Origin: an uncultured Clostridia bacterium
GTDB taxonomy: Bacteria > Bacillota > Clostridia > TANB77 > CAG-508
NCBI GenBank assembly: GCA_944386315.1
Contig: CALXAS010000001.1
Span: forward strand, 1-35,551
Direction: 5' to 3'
DNA: 35,551 nucleotides
The notes under the pieces are model-generated. The model searched no databases. It saw only the letters and a program-made list of their open reading frames with translations, and was not told the origin of the DNA. Positions 31,111 through 35,551 of this stretch are shown piece after piece. The stretch's first letter is position 1; every line of letters begins with the position of its first letter. A program made the position numbers and the translations under genes.

Positions 31111-31140
31111 ATTTTACTACACTCCATAACAAATAGCAAG
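31111..31140 (-). promoter_or_regulatory. prmC promoter module (TTGCTA-17-TAAAAT), near-duplicate of the rsmE promoter
   Basis: 27 of 30 nt are identical to 23122..23151. Confidence 0.55.
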
Positions 31141-31425
31141 AAAAAAAGTTTGCTAATCCTTTTTACTTAAGATTAGCAAACTCATTTTTTGTTTTGCATC
31201 GGCTACCTCTTTTTGAAAAATTACCCCCACATTAGCCGTAAGATGAAGAAATTTTTAATACCTGTTTTCACAGGTGGGTGTCTTGTTGAAAGCTCCTGGG
31301 TTTCTTACTCTTAGTAAGCTTACACGCCACTTTCAAAGGCGGACTCCCTTTTAAAATTTGTTGGTAATAAAATTCCAGTCTACACGTACTACGCAGGGAA
31401 GTTTTTTGTTTATTCTCTTTAAGTT
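31141..31425 (-). ncRNA. standalone structured small RNA, family unassigned (6S-like is only a weak guess)
   Basis: It has its own TTGCAA-17-TAATAT promoter. A strong terminator lies at 31147..31182 (12-bp stem AGTTTGCTAATC / GATTAGCAAACT plus a T7 run). The body is visibly GC-enriched (31200..31400) and holds several local hairpins: CUUCCCU/AGGGAG, CGCC-uuugaaagu-GGCG, ACCUG-ugaaaa-CAGGU and CAUC..GGCUA/UAGCC-GAUG. There is no long ORF. Confidence 0.55.
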
Positions 31426-31431
31426 ATTTAT

Positions 31432-31460
31432 ATATTAGCACATATTGTTTTTATTTGCAA
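31432..31460 (-). promoter_or_regulatory. promoter of the structured RNA
   Basis: Minus strand reads TTGCAA (31455..31460) - 17 nt - TAATAT (31432..31437), with an A-rich upstream tract. Confidence 0.6.
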
Positions 31461-31610
31461 TTCTTTTTTCTTTGAAATTTTTTCTTTTCCTTTATCCTAA
31501 CTCTCGTTTTCTCTTTTTTTCTTCGTTTTCCTAACTTTATCTCTTTTTTTAGTATTTGTAGTTTTTTATTTTTTATGCTATAATGAATTAAATATTTTGA
31601 GTAATCTTCA

Positions 31611-31632
31611 TCTAGTAGCCAATACTACTAGA
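31611..31632 (-). terminator. stem-loop 9 nt after the truB stop
   Basis: TCTAGTAG-N6-CTACTAGA, an 8-bp perfect stem. There is no clear U-run on the minus strand. Confidence 0.35.
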
Positions 31633-31641
31633 CATTTTATT

Positions 31642-32520
31642 TTATAAAATCACGTCTCTTTTTAGTTTTTTGTTTTCTACTATACCTAATCCTATATAAT
31701 TTTCCTTTTCATCCTTTATATGATATACCCCATCTGGTTGGCTAACAGATATTTTTACTCCATTCAAAAAATGATGCATTTTCTTTTCTTCTAATTGTAT
31801 GGTTGGATAATCTTTTAATACTTGCTCTACCGTTAAAATTTTTGTCTTTATCCACAAACTATCCTCTGCATGTTGTTCTAGCTCTTCTAATGAAACTGCA
31901 TTTTCTAAAGAAAAATTTCCTACCTTTGTTCTTCTTAATTCTTTCATATAGCCTATGGTATTTAATTGCTTTGCAATTTCCTCACACAAGCTTCTGATAT
32001 AAGTACCTTTGGAACAAGCTACTTGAAAGGTAATCTGTTTTTCTATTGCATCTACTTTTATTAAGTGGATATCATATATCGTAATTTCTCTAGCCGGTAT
32101 TTCTACATTTTGTCCTTTTCTTGCATATTCATATAACTTTTTTCCCTTTACTTTTATGGCTGAATACATAGGTGGTGTTTGCCAATGTGTTCCTAAAAAA
32201 GATTTTAACACTACCTCTATTTCTCCTTCAGAATAGTTATTCCAATCCACTATTTGTTGTTCTAAAATATTTCCTTCGCCGTCTAGTGTATCTGTTCTTA
32301 TTCCTAATTGCAATACTACTTCATAAGTCTTGTCATGTTCTATAAGATATTTCGATACCTTTGTAGCATTATCTAACAACAGTGGTAATACTCCTGTTGC
32401 ATTTGGATCTAATGTCCCTGTATGACCAATTTTATGCACCTGTAAAATTCTTTTTACTTTTGCTACCACATCATGAGAAGTATAGCCTTTTGGTTTATCT
32501 ACAACAATGACTCCATTCAT
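31642..32520 (-). CDS. truB: tRNA pseudouridine(55) synthase
   Basis: 292 aa (GHTGTLDP catalytic Asp motif). Confidence 0.96.
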   Translation of the reverse strand: MNGVIVVDKPKGYTSHDVVAKVKRILQVHKIGHTGTLDPNATGVLPLLLDNATKVSKYLIEHDKTYEVVLQLGIRTDTLDGEGNILEQQIVDWNNYSEGEIEVVLKSFLGTHWQTPPMYSAIKVKGKKLYEYARKGQNVEIPAREITIYDIHLIKVDAIEKQITFQVACSKGTYIRSLCEEIAKQLNTIGYMKELRRTKVGNFSLENAVSLEELEQHAEDSLWIKTKILTVEQVLKDYPTIQLEEKKMHHFLNGVKISVSQPDGVYHIKDEKENYIGLGIVENKKLKRDVIL

Positions 32521-32571
32521 TTTTCTTGTTCACCCTTTTCTCCTTAGCGGAATTAATCATTCATTGATAAA

Positions 32572-32606
32572 AACCTGAAATAAATAGCTTTACTCTATTT
32601 CAGGTT
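32572..32606 (-). terminator. intrinsic terminator after nrnA (bidirectional geometry)
   Basis: AACCTGAAATA / TATTTCAGGTT 11-bp perfect stem with T-runs on both strands. Confidence 0.7.
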
Positions 32607-32613
32607 CTTTTTC

Positions 32614-33567
32614 TTATTTCAAATAGGTTTTTACTTGACTAATAATTCTATCTCTAGCTTGCTCTAATGTAACATTCATTGTGCAACCTGCTGCATGAAG
32701 ATGTCCTCCTCCGCCAAATACTAAGCAAACATCCGAAACATTTAGATAGTCATTAGAACGAAGAGATACTCTATAATTTCCTTTTTTACTTTCTCTTATG
32801 AAAATAGAAACTTCTACTCCATCTATTGCCCTTCCTTCTTCTACAATTCCCTCATGGTCATCTGCATCCGCATTGGTTTCTTCCATATCTTTCTGTGTAA
32901 GATAAGTATAGGCTATTTTTCCATCTTCTATAAATTCCATTCTATCCATCGCTCTTTTGCGAAGTTCAAAATTTGCTCTGGATTTTGTATTCATTACTCT
33001 TTTATAAATATTAGAAACATTTACTCCTTTTTTTAATAATTCAGCTGCAAATTCAAATGTTTCTGGTGTAGTACTTTGGTAGGCAAATCCGCCTGTATCT
33101 GTAATAATACCTGTTAAAATACATGTTCCTATTTCTTTATCTACTTCCACACCAAAATAGTCAAAAATATTTAATAATACTTGTGCACAAGCTGGTGCAT
33201 CAGGGTTTACATAGTTATAATCTCCAAACATCGTATTGGTTGCATGATGGTCAATCACTATTTTTACTTTTGCTGTTTCAAAATAACTAGCAAAACCATT
33301 TAATAATGGAATAGTAGCTACATCCACAGAAATTGCTAAATCATAGCTTTCCACTTGAGATTCTTTTTTTGCCACTTCTGCATATGGTAAAAAACTATAT
33401 GCCTTTGGCATTTCTGGTACAATAACGTCTGCTTCTTTGCCCATCTTTCTTAAAACACCATACATAGCTAAACTGCTACCTATGGCATCTCCATCTGGAT
33501 TTTCATGTGTTAGTATCACAATGGATTTTGCCTTTTGTATTTCTTCTAATATATTATCTAAAGTCAT
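32614..33567 (-). CDS. nrnA: DHH family phosphoesterase (NrnA-like oligoribonuclease/pAp phosphatase)
   Basis: 317 aa with motifs HENPDGDAIGS, DHH (VIDHHATN) and GGGGHLHAAG. Confidence 0.9.
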   Translation of the reverse strand: MTLDNILEEIQKAKSIVILTHENPDGDAIGSSLAMYGVLRKMGKEADVIVPEMPKAYSFLPYAEVAKKESQVESYDLAISVDVATIPLLNGFASYFETAKVKIVIDHHATNTMFGDYNYVNPDAPACAQVLLNIFDYFGVEVDKEIGTCILTGIITDTGGFAYQSTTPETFEFAAELLKKGVNVSNIYKRVMNTKSRANFELRKRAMDRMEFIEDGKIAYTYLTQKDMEETNADADDHEGIVEEGRAIDGVEVSIFIRESKKGNYRVSLRSNDYLNVSDVCLVFGGGGHLHAAGCTMNVTLEQARDRIISQVKTYLK

Positions 33568-33631
33568 TTTTTTCTTCCTTTCCCGCTTTAAGCTTTCTCC
33601 TAAAAAAGAGTAAAATTGGTATCATTTACTT

Positions 33632-33997
33632 TTATTTATCATCTTTACTTTCTTCTTTTAGTTCCTTAATAATGGCATCTATTTTTGCTCCATATTCCAT
33701 CGAATCATCTTTTTCAAATACTAATTCTGGTGTAATTCTTAAATTGACTCTTTTTGCAATTAAACTTCTCATAAAGCCTGCTGACTGTTTTAATGCTTCT
33801 AGTGTTTTTTCTTCGTTCTTGGAATTTAACATACTTATATATACTTTGGCATATTTTAAATCTGGTGTAATCTTTACTTTTGTTACACTAATTAAGCCTG
33901 TTGCCTCTGGATTTTTTAATTCAAAAGAAATAATTTGGCTTAATTCTTTTTTTAGTTCTTCGTCAATACGATTTAGTCTATTTTCATTTTTTGGCAT
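33632..33997 (-). CDS. rbfA: 30S ribosome-binding factor RbfA
   Basis: 121 aa (RVNLRITPELVFEKD), in the infB-rbfA context. Confidence 0.93.
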   Translation of the reverse strand: MPKNENRLNRIDEELKKELSQIISFELKNPEATGLISVTKVKITPDLKYAKVYISMLNSKNEEKTLEALKQSAGFMRSLIAKRVNLRITPELVFEKDDSMEYGAKIDAIIKELKEESKDDK

Positions 33998-34239
33998 TTT
34001 TTTGCCTCCTTTTTATCTTTCTTGTTCCTTTGCTTCTAATTTAGCAATTGTTCTTGAAAGTTGCTCTCTTCTTTCTTTTTCTTTCTTCTGAGCATCTTTT
34101 CTCTTATTAAAATTTTCAATACTTCTTTGTACATTTACATTTCTTGTCATTCTTTCTTGAAATTCTTGTTTTTGTTCTTTAAAACTTTGCACGTTCTTTC
34201 TATCCTTTCTATTTTGTCTAGGAAAAGATAAGATTTCTC

Positions 34240-35551
34240 TTATCTTTTCACCTCTTCCATTACATATACTTCTATGATGTCTCCTTCTTTAATATCATTG
34301 TAGTTTTCTATTTGCATACCACATTCATATCCTTTTGCTACTTCTTTTACATCATCTTTGAAACGCTTTAGAGAAGCTAATTTTCCTTCATGAATTACTA
34401 CATTATCACGAATGACTCTTACTCCCGCATTTCTTTCTATTTTTCCATCTAGTACATAAGCTCCTGCAATTGTTCCTACATTAGATACTTTAAAGGTTTG
34501 TCTTACTTCTACATTTCCAATTACTTTCTCTTCAAAAATTGGATCTAACATTCCCTTCATAGCGGCTTTTACATCATCAATTGCTTGGTAAATAACAGAA
34601 TATTGTTTTATCTCTACTGCTTCTTTTTCTGCTACTTGTTTTGCAATTGGTCCTGGTCTTACATTAAATGCAATAATAATACTATTGCTTACTTTAGCAA
34701 GAGTAACATCTGATTCATTTACTGCTCCTGCTGCACTATGAATCACTCTTACTTTTACTTCTTCGTCTGATAATTTTTCTAAAGATTGTTTTAATGCTTC
34801 TGCGCTTCCTTGTACATCTGCTTTTACAATAATATTTAATTGTTTTAAGTGACCTTGTTCCATTTGGCTAAACAAATTATCTAAAGTAACTGGTGTTACT
34901 TGATTAATGGATTTCTCTCTTGCTTGACGTTTTCTTCTTTCTATTAAATGTTTTGCCATTTTTTCGTCTTTTACTTCGTAGAAAATATCTCCTGCTTCTG
35001 GAAGTTCTGTTAATCCCATAATTTCTACTGGTGTAGATGGTGTTGCACTTTTTACTTTTTGTCCTTTATCATTTTTCATGGCTCTAATTCTACCAATGGC
35101 AGAACCTACTACAATAGTATCTCCCACGTCTAAAGTTCCTCTTTGTACTAACATAGTAGCAATTGGACCTTTCGATTTATCTAATCTTGCTTCAATAACC
35201 ACACCTTTGGCTTGTTTATGTGGATTTGCCTTTAATTCTAATACATCTGCCTCTAGCAATACCATTTCTAGTAATTCATCAATATTTTGGTGATTTCTAG
35301 CAGAGATAGGTACGAAAATAGTATCTCCTCCCCACTCTTCAGGTACTAATTCATAGTTCATTAATTCCTGTTTTACTTTATCTACATTTGCTTCTGGCAA
35401 ATCAATTTTATTAACGGCTACAATAATAGGAACTCCTGCTGCTTTTGCATGGTGAATGGCTTCTACTGTTTGAGGCATAACACCATCATTAGCTGCTACT
35501 ACTAGAATAGCAATATCAGTAATTTGTGCTCCTCTAGCACGCATACTTGTA
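34240..35551 (-). CDS. infB: translation initiation factor IF-2, C-terminal about 436 aa (gene runs off the window end)
   Basis: The frame stays open to the window edge (..[28 protein letters not shown]...). It has the end of the G domain plus the C1/C2 domains ([17 protein letters not shown]). Confidence 0.96.
   Translation of the reverse strand, partial: TSMRARGAQITDIAILVVAANDGVMPQTVEAIHHAKAAGVPIIVAVNKIDLPEANVDKVKQELMNYELVPEEWGGDTIFVPISARNHQNIDELLEMVLLEADVLELKANPHKQAKGVVIEARLDKSKGPIATMLVQRGTLDVGDTIVVGSAIGRIRAMKNDKGQKVKSATPSTPVEIMGLTELPEAGDIFYEVKDEKMAKHLIERRKRQAREKSINQVTPVTLDNLFSQMEQGHLKQLNIIVKADVQGSAEALKQSLEKLSDEEVKVRVIHSAAGAVNESDVTLAKVSNSIIIAFNVRPGPIAKQVAEKEAVEIKQYSVIYQAIDDVKAAMKGMLDPIFEEKVIGNVEVRQTFKVSNVGTIAGAYVLDGKIERNAGVRVIRDNVVIHEGKLASLKRFKDDVKEVAKGYECGMQIENYNDIKEGDIIEVYVMEEVKR

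Noticed and set aside
31141-31425. Assignment of the structured RNA to T-box, SRP/4.5S, RNase P, tmRNA or a common riboswitch class; also a 22-codon TTG ORF (MKVACKLTKSKKPRSFQQDTHL) inside it
   Set aside because: The hallmark sequences are absent: GGUGGUACCGCG, the GGAAGCAGCC-type SRP domain IV, GAGGAAAGUCC, and a tRNA-like CCA end. The internal ORF is short and hydrophilic, has a non-ATG start, and has nothing to support it.
31560-31632. + strand extended -10 (TGCTATAAT) followed by a hairpin and T-run, which would give a transcript of about 40 nt antisense to the truB 3' end
   Set aside because: TATAAT-like strings arise easily in DNA this AT-rich, the -35 is poor, and the hairpin is better explained as the truB 3' stem-loop.
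34013-34192. K/E/R-rich small ORF between infB and rbfA (45 aa from ATG at 34150, or 59 aa from GTG at 34192): ...MTRNVNVQRSIENFNKRKDAQKKEKERREQLSRTIAKLEAKEQER*
   Set aside because: It is low-complexity sequence with a weak SD in a purine-rich spacer. Such frames stay open by chance in A/G-rich sequence. It would need conservation or Ribo-seq support before being called.

Overview
This is an AT-rich chromosomal segment (about 30% GC by hand spot counts) from a low-GC Firmicute with Clostridia-like gene order. The exact taxon cannot be fixed from sequence alone. It holds about 40 protein genes, and all but one are on the minus strand.

Most genes are core housekeeping:
- pheS-pheT behind a T-box leader
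- groES-groEL and hrcA-grpE-dnaK-dnaJ behind CIRCE operators
- fhs, xseA/xseB/nusB, and asp23-amaP-DUF2273
- fmt-def-priA, yicC-remA-rpoZ-gmk, rsmE, hemW, whiA and prmC
- truB-nrnA-rbfA-infB

Accessory material sits in small patches:
- 1.7-3.3 kb: an orphan mini-pilin ORF, decayed remnants, and a 163-aa unknown gene directly after groEL.
- 5.4-6.0 kb: a DUF4258 / YgiT-zinc-finger toxin-antitoxin-like pair.
- 16.1-19.5 kb: a GC-richer mini-island with two divergent small genes, then a class B sortase and its xPKTG surface-protein substrate.

Most notable observations:
1. Three otherwise intact core genes (priA, hemW, whiA) are each broken by a single-base frame change. Both +1 cases sit on an in-frame CGG codon, which I find nowhere else in frame in the minus-strand genes. 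The -1 case sits on A-AAA-TAG. This is either recoding or assembly indels.
2. A standalone GC-enriched structured RNA of about 285 nt has its own promoter and terminator between truB and prmC. A 5-codon SD-led ORF within it ends on the terminator stem.
3. A 29-nt palindromic repeat occurs three times and brackets the hrcA-dnaJ operon in inverted orientation.
4. A 30-nt promoter module is duplicated (27/30 identical) upstream of prmC and rsmE.

I recognised no rRNA, tRNA, CRISPR array, transposase or integrase.
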